The translations under genes and the position numbers were made by a program. The notes under the pieces were generated by a model. It was not told where the DNA came from. It worked only from the letters and a program-made list of their open reading frames with translations, and searched no databases. 64,000 nucleotides of DNA. Origin: an uncultured Chloroflexia bacterium (GTDB lineage: Bacteria > Chloroflexota > Limnocylindria > Limnocylindrales > CSP1-4). Positions within the stretch are counted from its first letter, which is position 1; every line of letters starts with the position of its first letter. Below are positions 27,942 through 39,768 of this stretch, piece by piece. Location: assembly GCA_963806175.1 (NCBI GenBank), contig CAWDXA010000011.1, forward strand, positions 602,065 through 666,064. The letters run 5' to 3'.

Positions 27942-29290
27942 GTGCCAACCTCCGTTCCTGAGGTCGTCTTCAGCGACCAGCGCCTCGCCAACGGCCTGCG
28001 GGTCATCGTGGCCGAGGACCACCTGGCCCCGGTCGTCGCGATCAACCTCTGGTACGACGTCGGTTCGAAGCACGAGGTCCCGGGCAAGACCGGGTTCGCC
28101 CACCTGTTCGAGCACGTCATGTTCCAGGGCTCGCGCCACGTCGGGAAGGCCGAGCACGTGGCCATCGTCCAGGCGGCCGGCGGCACGATGAACGGCTCGA
28201 CCTGGCTGGATCGGACGAACTACTTCGAGACCATGCCGGCCCACCAGATGGAACTCGGCCTGTGGCTCGAGGCGGACCGGATGGCGACCCTGCTCGAGGC
28301 CCTCAGCCAGGAGAACCTCGACAACCAGCGCGAGGTCGTCAAGAACGAGAAGCGCTGGTCGTACGACAACCGGCCGTACGGCTCGTGGCAGGAGAAGCTC
28401 CAGGCGCCACCTGTTCCCGCCGGAGCACCCGTACCACCATCCGACGATCGGCTCGATGGACGATCTCGACGCCGCCTCGCTCGAGGACGTCAGCGCCTTC
28501 TTCCGGACCTACTACGCGCCGAACAACGCGGTCCTGTCGGTCGTCGGCGACGTCGACACGGCCGAGGTGCGGCCGCGGCGGAGCGCTACTTCGGCCGGAT
28601 TCCCGGCGAACCCGGACATCCCGCCGCTGGGTGACCTGTCGCTCCCGCTGACGCTCGGCGGCGAGCGGCGCGAGACCGTCTACGACCGCGTCCCGCTGCC
28701 GCGCGTGCACCTCGGGTTCCGGGCGCCGGTCTTCGGCGACCCGCGCCTCGACGCGCTCGAGATGGCCGGCCAGATCCTGGCCGGCGGGAAGGGCAGCCGG
28801 CTCAACCGGCGCCTCGTCCGCGACGAGCGGATCGCCCAGGACGTGGTCGCTGTTCACGCTCGGGTTCATCGGCGGGGCGTCGGTCTGCGCCGGCTGGGCG
28901 ACCGTCCGGCCGGGCGTCGACGTCGCCCGCGTCGAGGCGGCCTTCAACGAGGAGCTGGCGCGCCTGACGACCGAGCTCGTCAGCGACGACGAGCTGGCCC
29001 GGGCCAAGGCGCTGACCGAGGCCGACGAGCTCGGTTCGCTCCAGCGGGTGGAGGAGCGCGCCGACCGGCTGTCGATGTTCGCGACGCTGTTCGACGATCC
29101 GGCCCTGATCAACACGATGCTGCCGCGCTACCTGGCGGTGAGCCCGGAGGCGATCCGCGATGTGGCCGCCGCGGTCTTCCGCGCCGACAACCGGCTGGTG
29201 ATCACGTACCTGCCCGAGGGACCGGCCGCCGACGACATCGCGCTCCCCGACGCCGGCGGCGAGTCGGCCGACGAGGAGGCGGCGGCATGA
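27942..29290 (+). pseudogene. M16 (pitrilysin-family) zinc peptidase, catalytic subunit, frame-shifted
   Basis: GTG 27942 opens a protein with the HxxEH motif GFAHLFEHVMFQG plus NQREVVKNEKR. The breaks are at ~28410 and ~28850, with a compensating pair near 28566/28605. The C-terminus is in ORF 29048..29290. Confidence 0.85.
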
Positions 29291-30827
29291 GCACGACGCG
29301 TCGGGCCCGGACCGCGACGACATCGTGGTCGGCGACCGGCCGCGGCCCGGCGCGCCGCGGCCGTACGAGTTCCCGGCGGTCGACCGTCGCACCGGCTGTC
29401 GAACGGCCTGTCCGTCCTGGTCGCCGACCTTCCGGGCCGGCCGCTCGTCGTCGGCGTCGATCGTCGTTCGCGGCGGGGCCGTCCGAGGAGCCGGCCGAGC
29501 TCGCCGGGAGCACCGTGCTCGCCGCTCGCGCGCTGTCGGAGGGCACCGAGCGCTTCGACGCGATCGCGCTGGTCGAGGCCGCCGAGCGACTGGGCGCGTC
29601 GATCCATGCCGAGGCCGGCTGGGACGCGTTGAGCGCCAGCGTCGACGTCCCGGCCGACCGGCTCGCCCCGGCGCTCGAGCTCGTCGCCGAGGTCCTGCTG
29701 CGGCCGACCTTCCCGGCGTCGGAGGTCGAGCGCCTGCGCGACGAGCGCCTGAACGACCTGCTCCAGGCCCAGGCCGACCCGCGGCGGCGCGCCGAGCAGG
29801 CGTTCGCCGACACCATCTACGCGCGCGGCCTCGCCGTATCACCGGCCGTCGGGCGGGACGCGCGAGACCGTGGAGCGGCTGACCGCCGCCGACCTTCGAA
29901 CGGCCTACGAGCGCAACCTCGATCCGCGTCGGGCCACGCTCGTGGTCGCCGGCGACCTCGGCGGCCAGGATGTCGTCGAGCTGGCCGAGCGGATGTTCGG
30001 CTCGTGGCACGGGCCGTCCGGGCCGGCCCGCGCCGACGGGTCGATCGTCGACACGGCGGCGTCGAACCGGCGGCTCGTCCGGGTCGTCCATCGGCCGGGC
30101 TCGGTCCAGACCGAGATCCGCATCGGTCACCGCGGCCTGCCGCGGCAGATCCCGGATTTCCACGCGGTCTCGGTGATGAGCGCGATCCTGGGCGGCCTGT
30201 TCAACTCGCGGCTGAACATGAAGCTGCGCGAGGAGAAGGGCTACACGTACGGCGCCGGCGCCGGGTTCGACCTGCGCCGCGGCGCGGGCCCGTTCGCGGC
30301 GCGGGCCGCGGTGAACACGGAGGTGACCGTGGCCGCGACGCTCGACACGCTGGCCGAGCTGAGCCGGATGCGCGAGCAGCCGGTCGAGTCGTCCGAGCTG
30401 GACGCCGCGCGCGACTTCCTCATCGGCGTCTTCCCGCTCCGGTTCGAGACCGCCGGGGCGGTGGTCGGGGCGCGTCTCCGGGCTCGCCGTCCACGGCCTG
30501 CCGCTCGACGAGCTGGTCGGCTATCGCGCCCGGATCGAGGCGGTCGACGGCGCGGCCGTGGAAGCGGCCGCCCGCGCGCATCTCCACGTCGACACGGCCG
30601 CGATCGTGCTGGTCGGCGACGTCGATGCCTTCGGCGCGGAGCTCGAGGCGGCCGGTCTCGGACCGATCGTCATCGAGCGCGACGACGTCGTCGAGCCGGC
30701 ACCGCCGCCGGAACCCGAGGCGGCGCCCGGCCCGGTCGATCGCGAGGACGAGGAGGGACCGACGGCCGGCGCCGAGGAGCCCGAGCTGCCGGGCGTCCCC
30801 GAGGAGACGGCGGTCGAAGAGCACTGA
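29287..30827 (+). pseudogene. M16-family peptidase, non-catalytic (beta-like) subunit, frame-shifted
   Basis: ATG 29287 overlaps the upstream stop (ATGA). I saw no HxxEH motif. It has conserved M16 C-terminal modules (LNMKLREEKGYTYGAGAGF, FPLRFETAG). The pieces lie in the frames of ORFs 28456, 29325, 29870 and 30558..30827. Confidence 0.8.
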
Positions 30828-30865
30828 GCCGCACGATCGCCGGCCGAGGCGCGTACGCTGGGCCG

Positions 30866-31524
30866 GTGATCGTGTCATCGGGTCCCCGGTCGGCTGGTTG
30901 CGCGACGAAGCGATCGTGCCGACCGGCACGCCGGCGCGGGTCGCCCTCGCCGCGGCCGCCGCCGGTCGCGAGGTCCAGCTCGTCGGGCGGACCGGGGACG
31001 ATCCGACCGCCGACGGGCTCCTGCTGGCCCTCGCCCGCGGCGGTGTCGGCCACGTGGCGCTCCTGCGCGACCCCGCCCGCCCGACCCCGCTGCGTTCCCG
31101 AGCCTGCGAGCGACGACCTGGCGGCCGGCGCAGCCGGACGACGCAGCCAAGCCCGTCGGCGGAGCCGCCCGTCGATCCCGTCGCTCGATGCCGGCGACGT
31201 CGACCTGGGCCTCCGCTACCTGACGAACTATCGCCGTCGTCGTCCTGGCCGAGCCGGCCGGCCCTGATGTCGTCCGGGTCGTCGCGGACGCCGCCGGCTG
31301 GAACGGCGCCCGCCTGGTCGTGGTCGTCGAACCGGGCACGGAGCCGCCCGACGGGCCTGCCGCCGGACGCGATCGTGTTCGAGGCCCCGGCGAGGATCCC
31401 GACGGCGACTTCGCCGCGCTCGTCGGACGGTTCGCGGCCGCGCTCGACGACGGCTCTGATGCGGCCGACGCGTTCCGCTCGTCGCTCGCCGAGGAAGGCT
31501 GGACCGCAGGCCGTCGGCGACTGA
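30866..31524 (+). pseudogene. PfkB/ribokinase-like domain protein (degenerate, frame-shifted)
   Basis: It contains GTPARVALAAAAAGREVQLVGRTGDDPTADGLLLALARGGVGHVALL and, later, VVVLAEPAGPDVVRVVADAAGWNGARLVVVVEP and DGDFAALVGRFAAALDDG, all in different frames. The assignment is weak. Confidence 0.4.
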
Positions 31525-31534
31525 CCGACCGGAC

Positions 31535-32219
31535 TCAGGCCGAGGCGGCGAGCGGGACGATCAGGGCGGGACCGTCCTGCCGGACGTCGTTGACCAGCCG
31601 GCTGACCGCCTGGACGCGGAGGTCGACCGATCTCGTTCGGCTCGAGCAGGCCGATGAGCTCGTCGAGACCCGTCGGCGCCCGGCGCCAGCCAGCGACGCC
31701 CAGGCGTCCTCGGGGACGATCACCGGCATTCGGTCGTGCAGGTCGGCCAGCGACCTCGTTCGGGGTCGTGGTCACGATCGTGAAGGTCCGGCGGACGGCG
31801 TCGGTCGAGGGGTCGTGCCAGCCGGCCCACAGCCCGGCCAGCGCGAGCGGCCGGCCGCCGACCTGGTCGACCAGGTACGGCTGACGGACGGTCCCTTCGC
31901 GCTTCCACTCGTAGAACGCGTCCACCGGCACCAGGCAGCGCCGCCGCCGGAAGGCCTCACGAAAGGCCGGGCTGGCCGTCAGCGTCTCGGCCCGGGCGTT
32001 GAACATGCGCGAGCCGACCTTCGGGTCGGTCGCCCAGTGCGGGATCAGCCCCCAGCGGTAGGCGGTCACCGCCCGACGGTCGTCGCGCTGCACGACGACG
32101 AGCGCCTCGTCGGTCGGGGCGACGTTGTAGTGGCCGCCCGGGTCGTCGACGAGCGGCTCGGCCCCGAAGATCTCGGCCAGCTCCGAGACCGGGCGCTGCT
32201 GGGTGAACCGTCCGCACAC
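31535..32219 (-). pseudogene. SOS-response-associated peptidase (SRAP/YedK family), about 3 frame shifts
   Basis: GTG 32219 gives MCGRFTQ (catalytic Cys2), YNVAPT, WGLIPHW, FNARAET, RCLVPVDAFYEW and MPVIVPEDAW, ending VSRLVNDVRQDGPALIVPL (ORF 31535..31729). Confidence 0.85.
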
Positions 32220-32246
32220 GCCTCGAAGTCTAGTATCGTCCGCGCG

Positions 32247-33519
32247 ATGGACGAGACCAGACCGCCGTCCCCAGCGCCCGACCCCGGGGTCGGCGGTCCG
32301 CTCACCCGCGACGACGCCCTCGCGCTGCTCGATCGCGCCGCGCGAGCTGCTCGTCCGTCGGCGACTTCCAGGCGGCCGGTGAGCACTACGCCCGGGTCAT
32401 CGGCTTCGACGATCCGTCGATCACCGCGGCGGCGCTCCTCGGGCTCGGCGAGGTCCGCTACCGGCTCGACGACGAGGCCGCGGCGGTCGCGACCTGGTCG
32501 GCCGTCCTCCGCCTCGGCGAGACGCCGTCGACCTACACGGCCTGGCGGAACGTCGCCGCGGCGCGGGTCCGGGCCGGCGAGCTGCGGGGCGCCATCGACG
32601 CCTACCGAGAGGCGGACCAAGCGTGCGCCACGCGAGGACAAGGCCGAGATCGCCAACCGGCTCGGCTGGCTGACCAAGGAGACCGGGGATCCACGCGCGG
32701 CGCGGCGGTACTTCGCCGCCGGCCGCGGCGACAGCCCGCTGCTCACGGTGACGCTCGCCCTCATCGCGGTCACCTCCATCATCTCGCTGACGGCCCAGTG
32801 GGCAGACGATCCGTCGCTGTACCTGAACCTCGAGCTCGACAAGCTCGCGCGTGGCGGCCGGGGAGTACTGGCGACTCTGGACGGTGACCCTGGTCCATGG
32901 ATCGTTCCACGGTGACCCGATCCACCTGCTGTTCAACATGTACGCGCTATGGATCGGCGGGGCCGATCGTCGAACGCTGGTACGGCCGTGCACGTTTCCT
33001 GCTGTTCTACCTCGTCTTCGCGGCCGCGGCGTCGACCTCCAGCTTCGTGTTCGGCGGCGACATCGCCGGCGGTCGGCGCCTCGGGGGCGATCTTCGGGCT
33101 GTTCGGCGTGCTGCTGGCGGCCGGCCGGCTCCATCACCCGGTCGATCGGCAGAGCCGCGCGCTCGTCAGCCAGATCGGGACGCTGATCGTCATCAACCTG
33201 GTGTTCGGGTTCGCGTTTGCCGGCGTCGATCGACAACTTCGCCCACGTCGGCGGCCTGGTCGCCGGGCTCTGGATCGGAGCGATCGCCGTGCCGACCGGC
33301 GTGCCGACGCTGTCCTCGTTCTGGTCGCGACCGGCCGGGACGCCCGCGTCCGCCCAGCGCGCCGCGACATCGCCGTTGCTCGAGCTGATCGGCGTCGCCG
33401 TGGTGGTGGCGGTCGTGGCCGGCGGGGTGGCCGTCGGGACCGCCGAGCGGCACGGCCGGGGCAGTGCCACCGGTCCGCCGACGCGGCCGCCGGTCGCGCT
33501 CGTCGATCGCACCGGCTGA
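32247..33519 (+). pseudogene. TPR-repeat / rhomboid-family intramembrane serine protease fusion, multiple frame shifts
   Basis: The N-terminal TPR-like part is AGEHYARVIGFDDPSITAAALLGLGEVRY...AIDAYREA. The rhomboid core is YWRLWTVTLVHGS, HLLFNMYALW, GASGAIFG (Ser) and FAHVGGLVAGL (His). The pieces are in 4-5 frames and the protein ends at 33519. Confidence 0.8.
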
Positions 33520-33546
33520 CACGGGTCGCCGGGCTGCCGCGCAGCC

Positions 33547-35010
33547 TCAGCGAGCTGCCGGCACGGTCGGCAGCACGACGCTGACCCGGGCGCCGTGGGG
33601 CGCCACGTTCTCGGCGTGGACGGTGCCGCCGTGGGCCGTCGCCAGCTCGCGGACGATGGCGAGGCCGAGACCGCTCCCCGGGCCGGTCCGCGCCGGGTCC
33701 GCGCGATAGAAGCGTTCGAACACGTGCGCGGCGGTGCCCGGCGGGAACCCGGGCCCATCGTCGGTGACGGCCAGGACGACCGATTCGGCAGTGCCCTCGG
33801 CGCGCGACGGGCCCGCCGTCGCCGACAGCCAGACGTGCCCGCCGGGCCGGGGTGGCCGCCAGGGCGTTGTTGACCAGGTTGGCCATGATCCGCTCGACGG
33901 CGCCGCGGTCGGCGACGAAGGCCAGCGAGTCCGGGCCCGGGGCCGCGTCCGCGGGCCGGTGGACTCGGATCGCCCGCGAATGACCGTCAGCTCGACGCCG
34001 GCCGCGACCGCCGCGCTGTCGAACCGGGCCGCCGAGCTCAGCACGATCTCGTTCGCGTCGAGCGGCTCCGGGCGGAGCCCGTCGGCCCCCTGGCGGAGCC
34101 GTTCGACGGCACCGAGCTCGTCGACCAGTCGTTCCAGCCGCGCGGCCTCCTCGCCGATCGTGCGGGCCGCTCGCTCGGCGTCGGGACCGGTGGCCGTTCC
34201 GTCGGCGAGGGCCGCGGCGTACCCGCCGATCACCGTGAGCGGCGTCCGCAGGTCATGCCGGAGGTCGGCCAGCAGCTCGGTCTCGCGCTGGCGGGCGTCG
34301 GTCAGCTCGCCGGCCATGGCGTTGAACCTCGCGGTGAGCTCGCGGACCTCGCTCGGGCCCTCGAGCGGCAGCGGATCGTGGCCCGACCGGACGGGCAGGT
34401 CCGCGGTCGCCTCGGCCAGCCGTCGCAACGGGCCACCCACCGATCGGGACAGGAGGACCACCAGCGGGAGCCCGACGACGGCGCTCAACAGGATGACCAG
34501 CGGCAGCGTCCGGACCAGGTCCGCGATGGCCGCCGCGCGCGAGCGGTCCGGCAACGACAGGACGACCGCGCGCGGCCCGGCCGCGCCGGCCGGTCGCAGG
34601 ACCGTCGCCGCATAGAGGTGCGACTGGCCGTCGGTGAATGGCGCCGACCCGGTGATCGTGGCGCCACGCACGGCGCCGGGCGGAATCGTGATCGGGCCGA
34701 CGGGCACGGCCGGCCCGCCGGTCGCGCCGAGATCGACATAGCGTCCCGTCGGCACGCAGCACCTGGACGCTGATGTCGGTGCCGGCCACGGCGTCCTGCA
34801 CCTCCCCGACGAGCGCCCGAAGGTCGCGATCGAGGACGGCGTGCGGAACCGCGCGATCAGGGTCTGGCCGATGTCGCCGAGCGAGGACTTCGTGGCGTCG
34901 GCGTGGAGGTTGCCGAGGATCACGGTCAGGGTCAGGCCCATCGCCAGCCACGCCGCGAGGATCGGGAGGACGACGACCAGGACGATCCGGCCGGTCAGCG
35001 AGCGCGGCAC
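33547..35010 (-). CDS. Sensor histidine kinase (TM-HAMP-HisKA-HATPase); the ORF stays open but contains two internally out-of-frame stretches
   Basis: It has ELLADLRHDLRTPLT (H box), DDGPGFPP and GSGLGLAIVRELA (G boxes). The N box MANLVNNALAATP lies in another frame (ORF 33134..33886), between compensating indels at ~33985 and ~33847. A second pair is at ~34850 and ~34745. Confidence 0.85.
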   Translation of the reverse strand: MPRSLTGRIVLVVVLPILAAWLAMGLTLTVILGNLHADATKSSLGDIGQTLIARFRTPSSIATFGRSSGRCRTPWPAPTSASRCCVPTGRYVDLGATGGPAVPVGPITIPPGAVRGATITGSAPFTDGQSHLYAATVLRPAGAAGPRAVVLSLPDRSRAAAIADLVRTLPLVILLSAVVGLPLVVLLSRSVGGPLRRLAEATADLPVRSGHDPLPLEGPSEVRELTARFNAMAGELTDARQRETELLADLRHDLRTPLTVIGGYAAALADGTATGPDAERAARTIGEEAARLERLVDELGAVERLRQGADGLRPEPLDANEIVLSSAARFDSAAVAAGVELTVIRGRSESTGPRTRPRARTRWPSSPTAAPSSGSWPTWSTTPWRPPRPGGHVWLSATAGPSRAEGTAESVVLAVTDDGPGFPPGTAAHVFERFYRADPARTGPGSGLGLAIVRELATAHGGTVHAENVAPHGARVSVVLPTVPAAR

Positions 35011-35013
35011 GGG

Positions 35014-35730
35014 TCAGGCGTGTCGAGGTCGGGGATCGGCGTCGGGCAGCGCCTCGCGTCCGGGCGGGACGAGCCGGTAGCCGAGGCCGCGGACCGTCTC
35101 GATCGCCGGGCCCTCCGGCCGGAGCTTCTTGCGGACCTCGGACACGTGGACGTCGACCGTCCGGGTCTCGCCGGGGAAGTCGGTGCCCCAGACGTCCTCG
35201 AGGAGCGCGTCGCGGGTGAGGACGACGCCCGGGTCGCGGGCCAGGGCCACCAGCAGGTCGAACTCGCGCGATCGGAGGTCGAGCCGGCGCCCCGCCACGG
35301 TGGCTTCGCGCCGGCGCGGATCGATGCGCAGGTCGCCGACCTCGATCGGACGTCCGCCACGGCTGGTCACCTCGGTCCGGCGCAGGATCGCCTTGACGCG
35401 GGCCATCAGCGCCCGGGGGTTGAACGGCTTGGTGACGTAGTCGTCGGCGCCGAGCTCGAGCCCCACGATCGCGTCGATGTCGTCGTCGCGCGCGGTCAGC
35501 ATCAGGACCGGCGTGTCGCCGCGTCGGCGGAGCTCGCGGCAGACCTCGAAGCCGTCCTTCCCGGGCAGCATCAGGTCGAGGATCACGAGGTCGGGATCGT
35601 GCCGGGCATGCAGGGCAAGGGCCTCGTCGCCGTCGCCGGCGGCCAGCACGGCGAAGCCCTCCTTCTCGAGGTAGAGCCGCACGAGGTCGACGATGTTGCG
35701 CTCGTCGTCGACGACCAGGATCGTCTTCAC
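35014..35730 (-). CDS. OmpR/PhoB-family response regulator
   Basis: GTG 35730 gives VKTILVVDDERNIVDL...LDLMLPGKDGFEV...VTKPF and the winged helix TVDVHVSEVRKKL...VRGLGYRL. It is intact. Confidence 0.95.
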   Translation of the reverse strand: MKTILVVDDERNIVDLVRLYLEKEGFAVLAAGDGDEALALHARHDPDLVILDLMLPGKDGFEVCRELRRRGDTPVLMLTARDDDIDAIVGLELGADDYVTKPFNPRALMARVKAILRRTEVTSRGGRPIEVGDLRIDPRRREATVAGRRLDLRSREFDLLVALARDPGVVLTRDALLEDVWGTDFPGETRTVDVHVSEVRKKLRPEGPAIETVRGLGYRLVPPGREALPDADPRPRHA

Positions 35731-35844
35731 TCGACCAACGATAGCGTCGGGCGTCGGGGCGATGGCCCTCGACGTAAGCTGCGTGTAAGCGGCGGTGCCG
35801 ACGGCCATGGATCGGGCACGCCGCGTCGCTGGGAGCACCATCCG

Positions 35845-36762
35845 ATGTTCGCGACGCTGCTCGGACCGCTGCCGCGCCCGCCCCTGGCCGCCCGACGCGA
35901 GCGATCTCGACCTCGTCGAGGCGGCGGTCCGGGCGCAGGAAGCCGCCGGGCTCGAGCCGGTCACCGACGGCGGGCTGGAGAACGGCCGATCGCCGCTCGA
36001 GCGCTGGCTGGCGATGGCCGGGCTGACGTCGAAGGCCGCCAAGCAGGACCTGGTCGGCCCGCTGACCACGGCCCGGGGAGGAGATCGGGCGGCCGTGCCT
36101 CGCGGCGGCCGAGACCCTCAACGCGGATCTCCGGGCACTGGCCGCCGCCGGCTGCCCGATGATCGAGATCCACGAGCCGGCGGCGATCGAGATCGGGTCG
36201 CGACGAGGCGGCGCGGCGGCTCTTCCGGGAGGCGCATCGTCGCCTGCTCGACGGGGTGGACGGGCCGCACCTGTCGCTGGCGATCATCGGCGGCAATGCC
36301 GACGCCGACCGGGATCGACACGCTGCTGTCGGCCCCGTACGCCAGCCTGGCGGTCGACCTGATCGCCGGGCCGGACAACTGGCGGCTGGTGGTGGCCACA
36401 CCCGGCGACCGGGGCATCGTGTGCGGCGCACTCTCGCCCGAACCCGAGCTCGGACGACTCGCCGGAGGTCCTCCTGTGGGCCGCCGCCTACGCGGCGTCG
36501 ACCGCCGGCCGCGGGCCGTCCCGCGTCGGGCTGGCGACGGCCGGTTCGCTCGGCGGGCCTGACCTGGGAGGCCGCCGTCGCGAAGATGCGCCGGCTCGGC
36601 GAGGCGGCCCGGCTGGCCGACCTGCCGCCCGACGAGCTCCGTCGCTCGATCGACCCGCGGGCCGTGGACATCCGGAGTGCCGCGTTCGGGCGAGTCGACG
36701 CCCCGGCCGCCCGTCGCGGGGTCGCCGTTCCGGGCGCTGAACCTCGGCCGGGCAGCGCTTGA
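35845..36762 (+). pseudogene. Cobalamin-independent methionine synthase (MetE C-terminal-like / UROD-fold) family protein, multiple frame shifts
   Basis: MFATLLGPLPRPP, LVEAAVRAQEAAGLEPVTDGG, CPMIEIHEPAAIEIG, HLSLAIIGGNADA and LSAPYASLAVDLIAGPDNWRLV are spread over at least 4 frames. Confidence 0.6.
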
Positions 36763-36854
36763 TTCCGTCGCGCTCCGGTGCCACCATCCTCGCCTCCAGG
36801 ACTTCAGCGCTCGCCGATTCGTCTCCACCAGTGCGTCGCAGGAGGTTCTCGTCC

Positions 36855-37352
36855 GTGGGCGAACACATCTCGTTCGTGGTCAACGGCACACCCCGGGAGC
36901 TGGACGTCGAGCCCAGACGGCTGTTGGTCCAGGCCCTCCGCGAGGACCTGGACCTGACCGGGACCCATGTCGGTTGCGACACCAGCCAGTGCGGGGCCTG
37001 CACCGTCCACGTCGACGGCATGGCCGTCAAGTCGTGCACGATGCTGGCCGTCCAGGCCGACGGCTCGGACGTCCGCACGATCGAGGGGCTCGCCGACGGC
37101 GAGACGCTCCACCCGCTCCAGGCCGCGTTCTGGGAGAAGCATGGCCTGCAGTGCGGGTTCTGCACGCCGGGCATGATCATGACCGCGGCCGACCTGCTGG
37201 CGCGCAACGCGGATCCGTCCGACGACGAGATCCGGCACGCGATCGAGGGCAACATCTGCCGCTGCACCGGCTACCAGAACATCGTCGCCGCCGTCCGCGA
37301 GGCGGCCCGCGTCGTCCGCACCGACGGCGCGCCGGTCGCGGCCCAGGGCTGA
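36855..37352 (+). CDS. coxS: Form II CODH/xanthine-dehydrogenase-family small subunit, [2Fe-2S]
   Basis: AGGAGG is followed by GTG 36855. The protein has [12 protein letters not shown] and [10 protein letters not shown]...CRCTGY and is intact. Confidence 0.9.
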   Translation: MGEHISFVVNGTPRELDVEPRRLLVQALREDLDLTGTHVGCDTSQCGACTVHVDGMAVKSCTMLAVQADGSDVRTIEGLADGETLHPLQAAFWEKHGLQCGFCTPGMIMTAADLLARNADPSDDEIRHAIEGNICRCTGYQNIVAAVREAARVVRTDGAPVAAQG

Positions 37353-37363
37353 GGAGAAGCGCC

Positions 37364-39768
37364 ATGGCAGTCGACGTGCTCGGCTCCCCGGTCAAGCGAA
37401 CCGAGGACCCCCGGTTCATCACCGGCAAGGGTCGCTACCTCGACGACATCAAGCTCCAGAACATGGCCCACATGGCCATCCTCCGCAGTCCGTACGCCCA
37501 CGCCAACATCAGGTCGATCGACACCTCGGCGGCGAAGCGCGATGCCCGGCGTCATCGCCGTCATCGTCGGGGCCGACATCCCGTACAACCCGCTGCCGAT
37601 GGCCTGGCCGGCCGGCGGCTCGTCGGGCATCCAGAACAACGTCAACACGCCGCGCGCGCTGGCCACCGACAGCGTCAAGTGGACCGGCGAGGGCGTCGCG
37701 GCGGTCGTCGCCGAGACCCCGGAGCAGGCGGTCGACGCGCTCGAGGCGATCGCCGTCGACTGGGAGCCGCTGCCGGCCGTGGTCGATGCCGAGAAGGCCA
37801 CCCAGCCCGGCGCGCCGCAGCTCCACGAGAACGCCCCGAACAACGTCGTGTTCGTCTGGAACGTCGGCGACAAGGCCGGCACGGACGCCGCCATCGAGTC
37901 GGCCGAGGTCGTGGTCAGGCAGCGGATCGTGAACCAGCGGCTGATCCCGAACCCGATGGAGGTCCGCGGCGACATCGGCCTGTACAACCCCGGCACCGAC
38001 GAGTACACGGTCTGGATGTCGAGCCAGACGCCGCACATCCAGCGGCTGCTCCTGACCGCGTTCGTGACCGGCATCCCCGAGCACAAGGTGCGCTGCATCT
38101 CCCCGGACGTCGGGGGCGCCTTCGGAACGAAGATCTTCTGCTACGCGGACATGGCCCTGGTCATGTTCGCCAGCAAGGCCATCGGCGGACGCGCGGTCAA
38201 GTGGGTCGAGAGCCGCCGCGAGAGCTACGGCTCCACGATCCACGGCCGCGACCACATCACGTACCTCGAGATCGCCGGCACGCGCGACGGCCAGGTCACC
38301 GGGCTGCGGGTCAAGACCTACGCGAACCTCGGCGGCCGGCTGTCGACCATCGGCCCCGGCATCCCGACCACGCTCTACGGACGCGTCCTGTCGGGGCCCT
38401 ACAAGTTCCCGAACGTGTCGTGCGAGGTGACCGGCGTCTACACGAACACGACCTTCGTCGACGCCTACCGCGGCGCGGGCCGACCCGAGGCGACCTATGT
38501 CGTGGAGCGGGCCATGGACCTGTTCGCGGCCGAGATCGGGATGGACCCGGCCGAGCTCCGCCGGCGCAACTTCATCGCGCCGGACCAGTTCCCGTACGAC
38601 AACCCGTCCGGCCTCGGGACGGCCGTCAACGGCGAGAAGATCTTCATCGACTCGGGCAACTACGAGCCGGCGATGGACAAGGCGCTGGCGACCGTCGGCT
38701 ACAGCGGACATGGCCGCGAAGAAGGCCGAGGCCCGGGCGCGTGGCAAGTACCTCGGCGTCGGCCTGTCGACCTACATCGAGGTCTGCGGCGTCGCGCCGT
38801 CGAAGTGGATCGGCGCGGTCGGCGAGGGCTGGGGCGCCGCGATGTGGGAGTCGGCCAACATCAAGGTCCACCTGACCGGCAAGATCATCGCCACGGTCGG
38901 CACCCAGCCGCAGGGCCAGGGGCACGAGACGACCTACGCCCAGGTGATCTCGCACGAGCTGGGCGTGCCGATGGAGGACGTGATCGTCCAGCACTCGGAC
39001 ACGCAGGGCACGCCGTTCGGCTACGGCTCGTACGGCAGCCGGACCAGCTCGGTGGGCATGACCGCCGCGGTCAAGGCGGCGGCCAAGGTCCGCGAGAAGG
39101 CACGGCGGTACGCCGCCCACATGCTCGAGGCGAACGTCGAGGACATCGAGGTCGACGGCGCCAACTACCGGGTCAAGGGGTCGCCGGACAAGGTCAAGAC
39201 CATCCAGGAGATCGCGTTCGCGATCGATCTCGGCTTCAGCCTCCCGCCCGACATGGAGCCGTACCTCGACGAGACCGCCTATCACGACACGCCGAACTGC
39301 ACGTGGCCGTTCGGCACCCACATCGCGGTCGTGGAGGTCGACGAGGAGAGCGGGGTGGTCGACCTCGTCCGCTACGTCGCGGTCGACGACGTCGGCAAGA
39401 AGATCAACCCGCTGATCGTCGACGGCCAGCTCCACGGCGGGATCGCCCAGGGTGTCGGCCAGGCGCTCTGGGAAGGCGCGATCTACGGCGACGACGGCCA
39501 GCTCCAGTCGGGCTCGCTGCTCGACTACGCGCTGCCGCGGGCGTCGTGGTTCCCGAACCTCGAGCTCGACGAGACGGTCACGCCGTCGCCCGTCAACCCG
39601 CTCGGCGTCAAGGGCGTCGGCGAGGCCGGGGCGATCGCCAGCACGGCGGCGGTCTCCAACGCGGTGATCGACGCGCTGCGTCCGCTCGGCATCCGCCATC
39701 TCGACATGCCGTACACGGCGCAGACCGTGTGGCGGGCGATCCAGGGTTCGAAGGGAGGCCGGGCGTGA
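37364..39768 (+). pseudogene. coxL: Form II CoxL-like molybdopterin large subunit (substrate unknown), 2 frame shifts
   Basis: It starts MAVDVLGSPVKRTEDPRFITG. The form II signature AYRGAGR is at 38463-38483. The breaks are at ~37540 and ~38705, and the pieces are ORFs 36677-frame, 37542 and 38497..39768. Confidence 0.9.

Noticed and set aside
32220-32246. The 27-bp divergent gap between SRAP and the rhomboid gene, containing TAGTAT / GATACT, as a shared bidirectional leaderless promoter.
   Set aside because: It is plausible, but the evidence is only -10-like hexamers in a very short region. It is too weak to report as a feature.
35731-35844. A possible SAM or cobalamin riboswitch upstream of the MetE-like gene.
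   Set aside because: Only ~115 nt are available, and I could not find the conserved B12-box or SAM-I/II/IV core sequences by eye. This would need a covariance-model scan.
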